A stretch of DNA of 64,000 bases from NCBI GenBank assembly GCA_002269645.1, contig NIVC01001445.1, forward strand, positions 1 through 64,000, given 5' to 3'. A program made the position numbers and the translations under genes. The first letter of the stretch is position 1, and each line of letters opens with the position of its first letter. Under the pieces are notes generated by a model. That model did no database searches. It saw only the letters and a list, made by a program, of their open reading frames with translations, and was not told the origin of the DNA. Origin of the DNA: Macrostomum lignano. Taxonomy: Eukaryota. Below are positions 1-12,728 of the stretch, one piece after another.

Positions 1-3000
1 TCAAACATTCAATAGCCACCATGTCAAACATTAAAGAGCCACCATGTCGAACATAAAAGAGCCATCTAATTATAAACATAAAAGAGTTACCATGTCAAAC
101 ATTAAAGAGCCACCATGTCGAACATTAAAGAGCCACCATGTCAAACATTAAAGAGCCACATTGTCAAGCATTAAAGACCCACCATTTCAAACCTAAAAGA
201 GCCACCATGTCAAACATTAAAGAGCCACCATGTCGAACATTAAAGAGCCACCTTGTCAAATATTAAAGAGCCACCATTTCAAACCTAAAGAAGCCACCAT
301 GTCGAACATACAAGAGCCACCATGTCGAACATAGAAAAAGCCACCATGTCAAACATTAAAGAGTCACCATGTCAAACATTAAAGAGCCACCAGTTTCAAA
401 CCTAAAAAGCCACCATGTTAAAAATTAAAGAGCCACCATGTCAAACATAAAACAGACACCATTAAGAACATTAAAGAGCCACCATGTCAAATATAAAACA
501 GCCACCATTTCGAAAATTAAGGAGCCACCATTTCAAAAATTTAAGAGCCGCTATGTTAAACATTAAAGGGCCACCTTGTCAAATATTAAAGAGCCACCAT
601 TTCAAACCTAAAAGAGCGACCCTGTCGAACATACAAGAGCCACCATGTCGAACATAAAAGAGCCACCATGTCGAACATACAAGAGCCACCATGTCGAACA
701 TAGAAAAGCCACCATGTCGAACATAGAAAAGCCACCATGTTAAACATTAAAGAGCCAATATTTCAAACCTAAAGGAGCCACCATGTCGAACATAAAAGAG
801 TCACCATGTTAAAAATTAAAGAGCCACCATGTCGAACATTAAAGAGCCACCATTTCAAACATTAAAGAGCCACCATGTCAAACATTAAAGAGCCACCGGT
901 TCAAACCTAAAAGAGCCACCATGTCGAACATTAAAGAGCCACCATGTCAAACATAAAACAGACACCATGTCAAACATTAAAGAGCCACCATGTCAACATT
1001 AAAGAGCCACCGGTTCAAACCTAAAAGAGCCACCATGTCGAACATTAAAAAGCCACCATGTCAAACATTAAAGAGCCACATTGTCAAACATTAAAAACCA
1101 CCATTTCAAACCTAAAAGAGCCACCATGTCAAACATTAAAGAGCCACCATGTCAAACATTAAAGAGCCACCTTGTCAAATATTAAAGAGCCACCATTTCA
1201 AACCTAAAGAAGCCACCATGTCGAACATACAAGAGCCACCATGTCGAACATTAAAGAGCCACCATATCAAACATAAAAGAGTTACCATGTCAAACATTAA
1301 AGAGCCACCATGTCAAACATTAAAGAGCCACCATGTCGAACATAAAAGAGCCACCATATCAAACATAAAAGAGTTACCATGTCAAACATTAAAGAGCCAC
1401 CATGTCGAACATTAAAGAGCCACCATGTCAAACATTAAAGAGCCACCTTGTCAAATATTAAAGAGCCACCATGTCGAACATAAAAGAGCCACCATATCAA
1501 ACATAAAAGAGTTACCATGTCAAACATTAAAGAGCCACATTGTCAAGCATTAAAGACCCACCATTTCAAACCTAAAATAGTTACCATGTCAAACATTCAA
1601 TAGCCACCATGTCAAACATTAAAGAGCCACCATGTCGAACATAAAAGAGCCACCATATTAAACATAAAAGAGTTACCATGTCAAACATTAAAGAGCCACC
1701 ATGTCGAACATTAAAGAGCCACCATGTCAAACATTAAAGAGCCACATTGTCAAGCATTAAAGACCCACCATTTCAAACCTAAAAGAGCCACCATGTCAAA
1801 CATTAAAGAGCCACCATGTCGAACATTAAAGAGCCACCTTGTCAAATATTAAAGAGCCATTTCAAACCTAAAGAAGCCACCATGTCGAACATACAAGAGC
1901 CACCATGTCGAACATAGAAAAGCCACCATGTCAAACATTAAAGAGTCACCATGTCAAACATTAAAGAGCCACCGTTTCAAACCTAAAAGAGCCACCATGT
2001 TAAAAATTAAAGAGCCACCATGTCAAACATAAAACAGACACCATTAAGAACATTAAAGAGCCACCATGTCAAATATAAAACAGCCACCATTTCGAAAATT
2101 AAGGAGCCACCATTTCAAAATTTAAGAGCCGCTATGTTAAACATTAAAGGGCCACCTTGTCAAATATTAAAGAGCCACCATTTCAAACCTAAAAGAGCGA
2201 CCCTGTCGAACATACAAGAGCCACCATGTCGAACATAAAAGAGCCACCATGTCGAACATACAAGAGCCACCATGTCGAACATAGAAAAGCCACCATGTCG
2301 AACATAGAAAAGCCACCATGTTAAACATTAAAGAGCCAATATTTCAAACCTAAAGGAGCCACCATGTCGAACATAAAAGAGTCACCATGTTAAAAATTAA
2401 AGAGCCACCATGTCGAACATTAAAGAGCCACCATTTCAAACATTAAAGAGCCACCATGTCAAACATTAAAGAGCCACCGTTCAAACCTAAAAGAGCCACC
2501 ATGTCGAACATTAAAGAGCCACCATGTCAAACATAAAACAGACACCATGTCAAACATTAAAGAGCCACCATGTCAAACATTAAAGAGCCACCGGTTCAAA
2601 CCTAAAAGAGCCACCATGTCGAACATTAAAAAGCCACCATGTCAAACATTAAAGAGCCACATTGTCAAACATTAAAAAGCCACCATTTCAAACCTAAAAG
2701 AGCCACCATGTCAAACATTAAAGAGCCACCATGTCAAACATTAAAGAGCCACCTTGTCAAATATTAAAGAGCCACCATTTCAAACCTAAAGAAGCCACCA
2801 TGTCGAACATACAAGAGCCACCATGTCGAACATTAAAGAGCCACCATATCAAACATAAAAGAGTTACCATGTCAAACATTAAAGAGCCACCATGTCAAAC
2901 ATTAAAGAGCCACCATGTCGAACATAAAAGAGCCACCATATCAAACATAAAAGAGTTACCATGTCAAACATTAAAGAGCCACCATGTCGAACATTAAAGA

Positions 3001-4770
3001 GCCACCATGTCAAACATTAAAGAGCCACCTTGTCAAATATTAAAGAGCCACCATTTCAAACCTAAAAGAGCCACCATGTCGAACATTAAAGAGCCACCTT
3101 GTCAAATATTAAAGAGCCACCATTTCAAACCTAAAGAAGCCACCATGTCGAACATACAAGAGCCACCATGTCGAACATAAAAGAGCCACCATATCAAACA
3201 TAAAAGAGCCACCATGTCGAACATAAAAGAGCAACCATGTCAAACATAAAACAGACACCATTAAGAACATTAAAGAGCCACCATGTCGAACATTAAAGAG
3301 CCACCATGTCAAATATAAAACAGCCACCATTTCGAAAATTTAAGAGCCGCCATGTTAAACATTAAAGGGCCACCTTGTCAAATATTAAAGAGCCACCATT
3401 TCAAACCTAAAAGAGCGACCCTGTCGAACATACAAGAGCCACAATGTCGAACATAAAAGAGCAGCTATGTAGAACATAAAAGAGCCACCATGTCAAACAT
3501 AAAAAAGCCACCATGTCAAACATAAAAGAGCCAACATGAAGAACATTAAAGAGCCACCATGTCGACCATTAAAAGAGCCACCATGTCGAACATACAAGAG
3601 CCACCATGTCGAACATAGAAAAGCCACCATGTCGAACATAGAAAAGCCACCATGTTAAACATTAAAGAGCCAATATTTCAAACCTTAAGGAGCCACCATG
3701 TCGAACATAAAAGAGTCACCATGTTAAAAATTAAAGAGCCACCATGTCGAACATTAAAGAGCCACCATGTCGAACATTAAAGAGCCACCATGTCAAACAT
3801 AAAACAGACACCATGTCAAACATTAAAGAGCCACCGGTTCAAACCTAAAAGAGCCACCATGTCGAACATTAAAGAGCCACCTTGTCAAATATTAAAGAGC
3901 CACCATTTCAAACCTAAAGGAGCCACCATGTCGAACATTAAAAAGCCACCATGTCGAACATTAAAAAGCCAACATGTCAAACATAAAAGAGCCACCATGT
4001 CAAACCTAAAAAAGCCACCATGTCAAACATAGAAGAGCCACCATGTCAAACATAATAGAGCCACCATGTCAAACATTAAAGAGCCACCATGTCAAACATA
4101 GAAGAGCCACTATGTCAAACATAAAAGAGCCACCATGTCGAACATAAAAGAGTCACCATGTTAAAATTAAAGAGCCACCATGTCGAACATTAAAGAGCCA
4201 CCATGTCGAACATTAAAGAGCCACCATGTCGAACATTAAAGAGCCACCATATCAAACATAAAAGAGTTACCATGTCAAACATTAAAGAGCCACCATGTCG
4301 AACATTAAAGAGCCACCATATCAAACATAAAACAGACACCATGTCAAACATTAAAGAGCCACCATGTCGAACATTAAAGAGCCACCATGTCAAACATAAA
4401 ACAGCCACCATTTCGAAAATTAAGGAGCCACCATTTCGAAAATTAAAGAGCCGCCATGTTAACCATTAAAGGGCCACCATGTCAAACATTAAAGAGCCAC
4501 CATGTCGAACATAAAAGAGCCACCATGTCGAACATTAAAGAGCCACCATGTCAAACATTAAAGAGCCACCGGTTCAAACCTAAAAGAGCCACCATGTCGA
4601 ACATTAAAAAGCCACCGTGTCGAACATAAAAAAGTCAACATGTCAAACATAAAAGAGCCACCATGTCAAACCTAAAAAAGCCACCATGTCAAACATAGAA
4701 GAGCCACCATGTCGAACATAAAAGAGCCACTATGTCAAACATAAAAGAGCCACCATGTCAAACATTCAAG
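1..4770. repeat. 23-bp satellite array (consensus TAAAGAGCCACCATGTCAAACAT) with a ~1582-bp higher-order duplication; probably intronic to syntaxin-1
   Basis: About 200 tandem variants of the unit. Identical 88-aa pseudo-ORFs at 1149 and 2731 and the rare variant block AACAGACACCATTAAG at 451 and 2033 are both offset by 1582 bp. Confidence 0.95.
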
Positions 4771-4874
4771 ATATCCAATTTCAAATGTAAAGGTATAAAG
4801 CGCCATGCCAATTTAAAGGAGCCACTATAAAGCTAAGGAAATTGTCGCTCTAGCTACTTATTGTCTGGTGGATG

Positions 4875-5435
4875 GTTGCTATTTGGGGATGCTATCTATC
4901 TTGGGGATGCTTGCTATTTGGAGGATGCTTGCTTTCTGGGGATGCTTGCTATCTGGGGAATGCTTGCTATCTGGGGAATGCTTGCTATCTGGGGATGCTT
5001 GCTATCTGGGGGATGTTTGCTATCTGGGGGATGCTTGCTATCTGGTGGATGCTTGCTATCTGAGGGATGCTTGCTATCTGAGTGATGCTTGCTATCTGGG
5101 GATGCTTGCTATCTGGGGTATGCTTGCTATCTGAGGGATGCTTGCTATCTTGGGGTATGCTTGCTATCTGAGGGATGCTTGCTATCTTGGGGATGCTTGC
5201 TATCTGGGGGATGCTTGCTATCTGCGGAATGCTTGCTATCTGGGAATGCTTGCTATCTGGGGGATGTTTGCTATCTGGGGGATGCTTGCTATCTGGGGGA
5301 TGCTTGCTATCTGGGGGATGCTTGCTATCTGGAGGATGCTTGCTATCTTGGGGATGCTTGCTATCTGGGAAATGCTTGCTATCTGGGAGAATGCTTGCTA
5401 TCTGGAGGATGCTTGCTATCTGGGGGATGCTTGTG
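4875..5435. repeat. 17-18-bp minisatellite (GGGGATGCTTGCTATCTG)n
   Basis: Direct tandem repeats; explains the GCLLS/MLAIW/DACYL ORFs in all three frames. Confidence 0.95.
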
Positions 5436-5692
5436 GTCTTGGGAAGATTTCTTATTGCAATTCACTTCATTTGAGCAGTTTGTCTGTTGTCTTTGTGAAG
5501 GATTTTTTGGCTGTCTTTTTGTTAATTGTAGAGAACAGAGATTCTATCCAGATGTCCCCCATCGGGGGGCGAAGATTGCTAGTTTGTAAACTATTATTAG
5601 AGCGCTTCTGCAAATTAAAGCAAAAAATGTTCAATATTCATTGACTCTTACTTAAAGTAGATTAAAGAACGCTTCATATTTTTCCATTTTAG

Positions 5693-6894
5693 CCGGTCGG
5701 CAAACAACCGATGCTGAACTGGAAGAAATGATTGAATCCGGCAACCCCGCCATCTTCACCCAGGGAGTAAGTTGCACTTTGGCCTCTAGGATGGTTGCTG
5801 GTAAGAGAGCAGCCAGGTATACCAGCTAGGGATGTTAGCAGCTAGGGGATGTACCAGCTAGGAAATACCAGCAGTAAGTGTACTGAGAACATTTACATGT
5901 AGAACGGATGTAACATCTAGGATGGATTCCAACAAAGACGGATACCAGATTGAATTTGACGAATCAGGGGGTTGCCAACCAGAAAGGCACCAAACAGAAA
6001 GTCACCAACAAGAAGTCACCAACTAGAAAGTCACCAACCAGAAAGTCGCCAACCAGAAAGTCGCCAACCAGAAGGTTATCAACCAGAAAGTTACTAACTA
6101 GAAAGTCGCCAACCAGAAAGTCACCAACCAGAAAGTCACCAACCAGAAAGTCACCAACCAGAAGGTTATCAACCAGAAAGTCACCAACCAGAAAGTCGCC
6201 AACCAGAAGGTTATCATGCAACCAGAAAGTCACCAACCAGAAAGTCACCAACCAGAAAGTCGCCAACCAGAAAGTCGCCAACCAGAAAGTTACTAAACAG
6301 GTTACCAACTTACCAGAATGCTTTCAACTAGGCCAACAATAAACCAGGTTATCAAATAGAAAGTTACCAACGAAGGTTACAAACCGACCATAAGACTGTT
6401 TTTTATTTTGCAGATCATGACCGACACTCAGCAGGCCAAGCAGTCCTTGGCAGACATTGAGGCCCGACACGAGGATATCATAAAACTGGAAAAGAGCATC
6501 AAAGAGCTGCACGACATGTTTCTAGACATGGCCATGCTTGTAGAGAGCCAGGTATGAGGTTTATTTGAATTTTATTCGATCTGCTTTAAAAATTCAACGA
6601 CCTCTTATGGATGCCAGGGTGAAATGGTTGATCGGATCGAGAACAACGTGCAGCAGGCTGTTGACTATGTCGAGGCTGCCAAGAGAGACACTAAAAAGGC
6701 CGTCAAATATCAGAGCAAGGCTCGAAAGGTGATTGAGCTGAAAACTTCTGCATGGTGGGCATGTGCATTCACCAGTTATTATACGTGCATTTATCAACCC
6801 CCGATTGCAGAAAAAGATCATTCTACTGGTCTGCCTGTTGGTCGTGCTTATCTGCATTGTAGGCGGCATCATTGGCGGTGTGGTCCCGAAATGA
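5693..6894 (+). CDS. STX1: Syntaxin-1 (t-SNARE), last four coding exons: 5693-5766, 6414-6551, 6618-6728, 6811-6894; 5' exons lie upstream of the window
   Basis: The spliced translation [134 protein letters not shown] matches the syntaxin-1 SNARE helix and C-terminal TM anchor. All introns are GT-AG with consistent phases. Confidence 0.95.
5985..6310. repeat. 15-bp minisatellite (CCAACCAGAAAGTCA)n in a syntaxin intron
   Basis: Tandem copies; source of the SPTRK/VGDFL ORFs. Confidence 0.9.
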
Positions 6895-8900
6895 CGGCTC
6901 TTAAAACTGACAAAGATAATTTTTAAACGAACGGTTTTATTCTTCTACCCTTACTCGGAATTTGCATGGATATCAAAACTTTCGTATGATCTCAACCGCA
7001 TGTGGAAATAAATTTACACAACACCAAAAACATTTTAGCGAACTCAACTATGAAATTAAAATGTACTTGCGTGTAAAAATACCTGTATCAAAGGTGACAT
7101 TTTGACTAAAAAAATAAATTGGCAAAACAAAACAAATTATATATTTAAGGGTAAAAAACAGGCCGCAGGTACTCGCAGTGCGATTTCAGAACGACAGAAT
7201 CAAGAGAAGATAATCGACGAAGCGCTAATTATGCACATGCCTTACCTGCATGATTCCAGCAGCATCAACACCGTGACTTCTTTGGAACTGAAGCGAGTGA
7301 GCGCTAATGCACGTAATTACAAAACAAAATAAACGTTTACACTAGCTGTTTTCCTATGATTCCTATTTTTTCAGTTAAAATACGAATTCTATGCTTTTCT
7401 GTCATGTTTTTCATCTGTCGGCTGATCTAATAGCTTAAATTTAACTTGATATCGGTGTAAACCTTAGCCTAAATTCGAGACGGCCAATTTGGCATTGTTA
7501 TGTAAGCAACTACAAGTCATGGCGAAGAAGCCCTTTTTAACGACATTGCATATTTTACGAAAATAAAAACTATAAATTTCATAAGCCGCTTAATTATAAA
7601 GCTATGGTTTTGACGTTATCAGCTTTTTTAATTATAAGGATTATATGTTTTGTTTTAGCTAGTCCTGCGAAAAGGATTGAACGCAAATTTCAAATTATTT
7701 TCTGCATTTTCGATCGGACGCTTAATTAAATTTAGCGCTATTAATTAAATCTAGCTGAGCGGGTTAACCAGGACTCCATGAGTTTAGAAATGCGCGATTT
7801 CTTTGATTTGCTTTACTTATCGTTATCTGCGAGTAACTGTAAACTTTGACATACAAAACTTACTTACTTGTACTATTTATTATATTTTGACGCTTGATAT
7901 TATAATATCCTACAAAGATTAGTACTATCCTAATGGTATTGTATTATATTAACTTATAAAAAAGATAAACAACATTGGAGTCTTAATACTGATATTGTGC
8001 ATAACATATTCAAACTACCAACATCTAGTAGCTACACATTGCAGCTTTTGTTTATGCCATTAAATCACCATGAGCTGAAAATGTTGTAGTCTGCAGTTTG
8101 ATATCATACAATACTTTAATACAAATAATAAAGCTGTTTTGTTTTGTAGTTATTATTAGTAACATTTATAAAGCAGTTTTATTAAAAATCTAATTCTATG
8201 CAAACAAAATGAAATGCAAGCTTCTGATAATGATATATTCTAGTAATATTAATTACAATTATTATTTCTTTTTAAGTAACTTTTAGGTTTTTTATAACTT
8301 TTGGTTTCCTTTCTTATATTCTTGGTCTTATATTTAAAAGCTCAATGAGGGTTTAGACTTAAAATGAAATTTTTTCACAATCATTTCTATCTTTAAAAAA
8401 CCTAGAAAAGTATTTTTAGGCCTTTTTGGTTGAAACTTTTTAGGAAAGTTTCTTATTTTTATTTTTCTATAAAATTATAAAACATATTGATATAATTTTA
8501 AAAATCCAATATTAGTATAGTAGTATATACCACTCTGACCATTAATTGAAATATGGCACGAAGAACTTTTACAGCTAAAACAAGTAGACAGTAAAACAAA
8601 AACTGAAATTTATTCAATGTTTTTTTGTCAATATGACCAACAATAAAGCTATCTAGACACTTGTGAGCCTACAGTGTATAGTTAAAAATGATTTCAATTC
8701 TGGAAGAGATTTCCTCTACAACTAAGATATGGCAAAGGTAGCTAAATGTGAAAATAGTTTAAGCTGGTTGACTGTGGTTGGTTAAGTTGAAAATGGTTAA
8801 GCATGCATTATAACTAATAGTTTGAGTTGAAATTTTTCGTAAGTACTTGTGTTTAGCCAATTAATTTTACTGTATCATAGAAAGTAAATCTGGTTTGCAG

Positions 8901-9297
8901 AATCGCCGGCACAGCAGTATTCGCTGCCACTCTGCCAAGCGCCATGGCCACCGTCGGCATAGAAGCCGCAGCTTCCAACGGGGCAATGGCCGCCAAGTGG
9001 TGCGCTCGCGGTCTCCTGATAGCTGCGGCATTGACGCTGCCGCATGGAACTCGCAGCGGATCCGCTCCTACTCGCCGCTATCATCGCCGTTGCCTAGCAA
9101 CCAAGTAGACTATTATGACGCTGCAAATCTGCATCGGTTTAGCCAGTTGGGAGACAATCAAAGTATGCGAGGCTGCGATGTCTTGGCGGAAAATTCATTA
9201 CCTGGCGGGCACGATCGCAGCAGATATCACCCATGTACGATTTGCTTCTTTTGTGAATTTACGCCTGTCTGTCTGTCTGTCTGTCTGTCTGTCTTAG

Positions 9298-9339
<42 letters not shown>

Positions 9340-9569
9340 ACTGACTGACTGACTGGCTGACTGACTGACTGACTGACTGATTTTGTCTGAAAAGTGTCAT
9401 TATCAAAAAATGTCTTCAATGCTTGGATTCTTTTATGCGTGTTAGACACGTTATCGTTATAGATTTTCGTTAGAAACTTGAGATAATTTTTACCGACACC
9501 CCATCATCATGACGGCTAGATCCGCCTCCGCCAAGGCCTACGACCTGGGCAGAGGGCCGCAACGAATAA
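8901..9569 (+). CDS. 3' exons (8901-9234, 9520-9569) of an uncharacterised Arg/Ser-rich protein
   Basis: TTTGCAG acceptor; open frame with RHRSRS, RSRSP and RSYSP. A phase-1 GT..AG intron containing a (TCTG)n microsatellite joins to give HDRSRYHPYPPPPRPTTWAEGRNE*, with an R-x-x-PY (PY-NLS-like) motif formed across the junction. Confidence 0.55.
9265..9380. repeat. (TCTG)n/(GACT)n microsatellite
   Basis: Direct observation. Confidence 0.95.
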
Positions 9570-10061
9570 CAATGGGTGGAAGAAGGAGAAGGCCAAGAAG
9601 AATTTGATGATGAAGAAGACAGCGAGGATGATGATGAAATTGAGGACTCAACAACGAAAGTCCAGCCCGACTGGCGCCGCTTTTACAGCCCGCCAAAGCC
9701 CGAATTTGTTTACAAGTCGCTGATGCGTCGCAATCGGCCTAATCGAATTGAATCGGCGGCGTCTTCGTCGACTTTGCTGACTTCTTCGGCAGCGGCGGCG
9801 CCGCCAGATTCAAAATCGACAGCGAAAGCCACGCCGCCTTCCGATAGAGCGACCTTTCTGGCTAGGAGGCTGGGAATTCAGCCGACGCCGCCGCAGCCAA
9901 CGACGGGATGCTTCTGCCGGGGACGCCGGCCGCAGATGGCGGATGCAGCCACTCAGACGAGTCTGCCGTGCTGTCCGGGACGCTGCTGCCCGTCGTTGCG
10001 AAGGCCAACCTCATATGGCAAGAAGGACGTCCTGCAAGGTCGGCTGGAATTTGAAGAATGA
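9570..10061 (+). CDS. Open in-frame continuation after TAA 9567-9569 (acidic, Ser/Ala/Pro-rich, Cys-containing; no in-frame ATG at its start)
   Basis: QWVEEGEGQEEFDDEEDSEDDDEIED...WRRFYSPPKPEFVYKSL...ADAATQT; GC-rich and coding-like; same frame as the upstream exon. Confidence 0.4.
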   Translation, partial: QWVEEGEGQEEFDDEEDSEDDDEIEDSTTKVQPDWRRFYSPPKPEFVYKSLMRRNRPNRIESAASSSTLLTSSAAAAPPDSKSTAKATPPSDRATFLARRLGIQPTPPQPTTGCFCRGRRPQMADAATQTSLPCCPGRCCPSLRRPTSYGKKDVLQGRLEFEE

Positions 10062-10464
10062 TTTGGAATATAAGAAGCAATCGAGACTTCCGTTGCTTGT
10101 TTTACTTTTCATAGCAATTTTGATAGGCCTCCACATATTCCTAACAAAACTCAGAATTCCGGCGTTTTCAGCCATCCTGCATCAGTTTTAGCATCTACCA
10201 TTCATAATTAAATAAAACTTCGTCCTAATCAGTGCAATTTTTCAACTGTTTGTGTAAAACTGCGTTTTCATTCGTTAGAAACTATTGAAGATGAAATCAA
10301 GACAATATTTAATTTACGAGCTGTTTTATTGAAAGAATACTTTTACGCATAGTTAGTTTCATCAGTTTTCGGAAAATCGTTAGGCCAAAGTTCATATGCC
10401 AGAGTTATACAATTGCAGCTCTGAAAACTTCACCCGATTTTGTCAGTAGAATTTTAGCAGACTT

Positions 10465-12728
10465 TTACCAAAACGAGCACTTTTCACTCGGGTTCATCGT
10501 CTGCCGGACTCCGCACTGGAAGACTTGGGCAAATCCTTTGCTATTCTCCATCATTCCGCGAACGCGCAGATGCGGCGGGCTGTGCTTGATGTTCTTGAAG
10601 CGCCGCTTTAGAGCCGCTGGCTCGGCCTTCGTGCACCAGGCCTGCGCCGCTTGAACGAAGAACAGTCGCTCGGGCGTCAGTTCAGATGGCAGGTTCGGCA
10701 GCTGCAGCCGGCGACCAGTCTCGCCCTGTAATTGCATGGCACAGCGATGTCATTGCCCAGAGTCGTATTGGAGCCGTGCGGTACGCCGGGCACCAGCTCA
10801 TAGGAGCCGTATCGAGAACGCACGCATTCGACCCGGCGCAGGTACTCCTCGGTGGTCCGGTTGTCCCAGTGGTTACCGTGGATTCCCTCCTTGTTGAGCT
10901 GGCGGCCTTTGATGTCGAATGCGTGACCGATTTCATGACCAACGACCAATCCCAGGCCGCCCAGGTTCATGTAGTCAGGATAGTCCCTATGGTACATCGG
11001 AGGCGACAGTATTCCCATGGGAAACACGATCTCGTTGCGCCGCATGTAGTTGTACGCATTAGTTGTAAGGCCACTTAAAGTGAGAAAGGCTGTGGTAGCC
11101 GAGCTGTTTTCCGTCGATAGCACGCCGAACTTCTTTCGTGCCGATGCCCAGAGCGCAATGGAGAACAACCTGCCAAAGTCCTTATCCACTGAGACTTTCG
11201 AATATCGGCCTTTTCGAAAGGAATTAATAGCAGGCGAATAGTACGCAGAAAGTTGGTCGGCTGACAAGACCTCAAACCCTATTGTGTGCTTGAGCGACAG
11301 AAGCTTTTCAATAATGATATCTTTCGTATCCGACTCTATCCAGTCCTGATTAAGCACGCTGTTAACTGTTGCATTCTCCAGGAGGTCGATCAAATTCTGC
11401 ACATGCTCAAAGTTCTCTGCATGGTAGGCCTTCTGATACATTCGCTCAACTACTGGAGACAGCAAGTCTTTAGTGCGCTTCATGCATGCATCTACCGGTC
11501 TCCCCACTGCTTTATCCATCACATCTTCTCTCAGTGGGGACTCAGTCCACATGCGCTCTAAACGCATGGGTAGGAACCTCGCAAAACTTAGCAGCCAGTC
11601 AACAACAAGAAAGCTTTGGTAAATGGAGAGCTTTCTACTGGCTGAATATGTTGATTTCTTTTTGAAGTACGTCACAAAGTTTATTACTCGCTTTGGATTC
11701 TCCAGCTCCACCAAGGCATCCGGGTCGTAGTCAGACTGAACCAGCTCGTCAAAGAATAGGCTCCACGAAAATGGATCAGCTGGGTTTGCACATTGACTAA
11801 GCGCATCTAGATCACGGATCTTGTGCTGCTGTTGCTTGGCAAGCTTGCTGCAGCCATCCGACCAATTAGCGTATCGTTCGGACTGCTGGATCTGTTTTAG
11901 AACTCGACTGAAACTGAAACTCTCGTTAGCGATGGTCAGAACAGTCGCTCCGCCAATAGAACTGAAAAATGTTAATATGGGCTCGAAATTGGACATTGAG
12001 CGGTAGAGCTTTGTACTTGCTGAAATAACCACTCTGCTAGCCTTTCTTAGCTTATTGCTGTCGCCTCGCTTCAGCTCTCGAATGTATGATGAGGACACGC
12101 GGACATCAAACATAGTATGGACATCCGTATTCACAATGCGGGCTAAGATTGATTCGATTGTCCGATTAGACCGTCTTGGACTGACGGCTTCAACAAGATG
12201 CTTGAGAAGGCTAGAGAAGAAATGCTGAGCCGCAACTGTGTCATTTTTCATGGATCTATAGCGCATCCATTTGGTGCAACTGCGAAAAAGCATCCTTGTA
12301 AGGTTGTACAAGTCTCTAACTTTCGGATCCGTGCTGTTGACTACCCAGTCCAGCATCAGCACTTCGAACAGATTGCTGCGTAGTTGATTTCGCATCACAG
12401 AGTAGGAGTTCTGGTAGAAGGTCGGGCCAGTTAGCTTTAATGACTTGAAAACCTCATCGGGGTCGTATTTGTAGTTCACTGGAAAGTTGCCGCATGCGTA
12501 GTTGTAAAAGTCAACGCATGGATTTGCGCTGAAATTCATCTTGCTAGAAACAGCGGCAGAGAGTGCAACACAGGCTGACGCTTGGCATACGCTTGTTGCT
12601 GGTTAATCATTGCGTGATTGCTCTCGACAGAGCGGCAGCTGAGAACTGCTGTTAGCCTCTTCTGTCACAGACTGATCCGTCGATGGCACCGCGGAGACAA
12701 CCGCTAGAAACGCGAATAAAGCGAGCAT
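10465..12728 (-). pseudogene. Neprilysin/endothelin-converting-enzyme-like M13 zinc metallopeptidase, disrupted by an in-frame TAA and a frameshifting deletion
   Basis: Hydrophobic N-terminus (MLALFAFLAVVSAV), PCVDFYNYACG, TNAY, GHEIGHAFD (HExxH) and the C-terminal LFF..AQAWC..HSP..RV..FAQVFQC..MNP..KCSFW. In-frame TAA at 12603-12605. The frame changes near 10740, where the TLGENIAD-x-GG motif reads TLGNDIA and is truncated. Confidence 0.75.

Noticed and set aside
1149-5644. ORFs such as MSNIKEPPC..., GCLLSG... and MLAIWG...
   Set aside because: They are translations of the 23-bp and 17-18-bp tandem repeats, open in several frames, with no splice or codon-bias support.
7102-7332. 76-aa ORF downstream of syntaxin as an alternative terminal exon
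   Set aside because: No recognisable homology, and I could not join it in phase to either neighbouring gene.
10677-12539. Bacterial PepO-like horizontal transfer to explain the intronless M13 gene
   Set aside because: It has the eukaryotic Cys-rich N-terminal (C..C..PCxDFYxYACG) and C-terminal (C..W) signatures and a hydrophobic N-terminal anchor.
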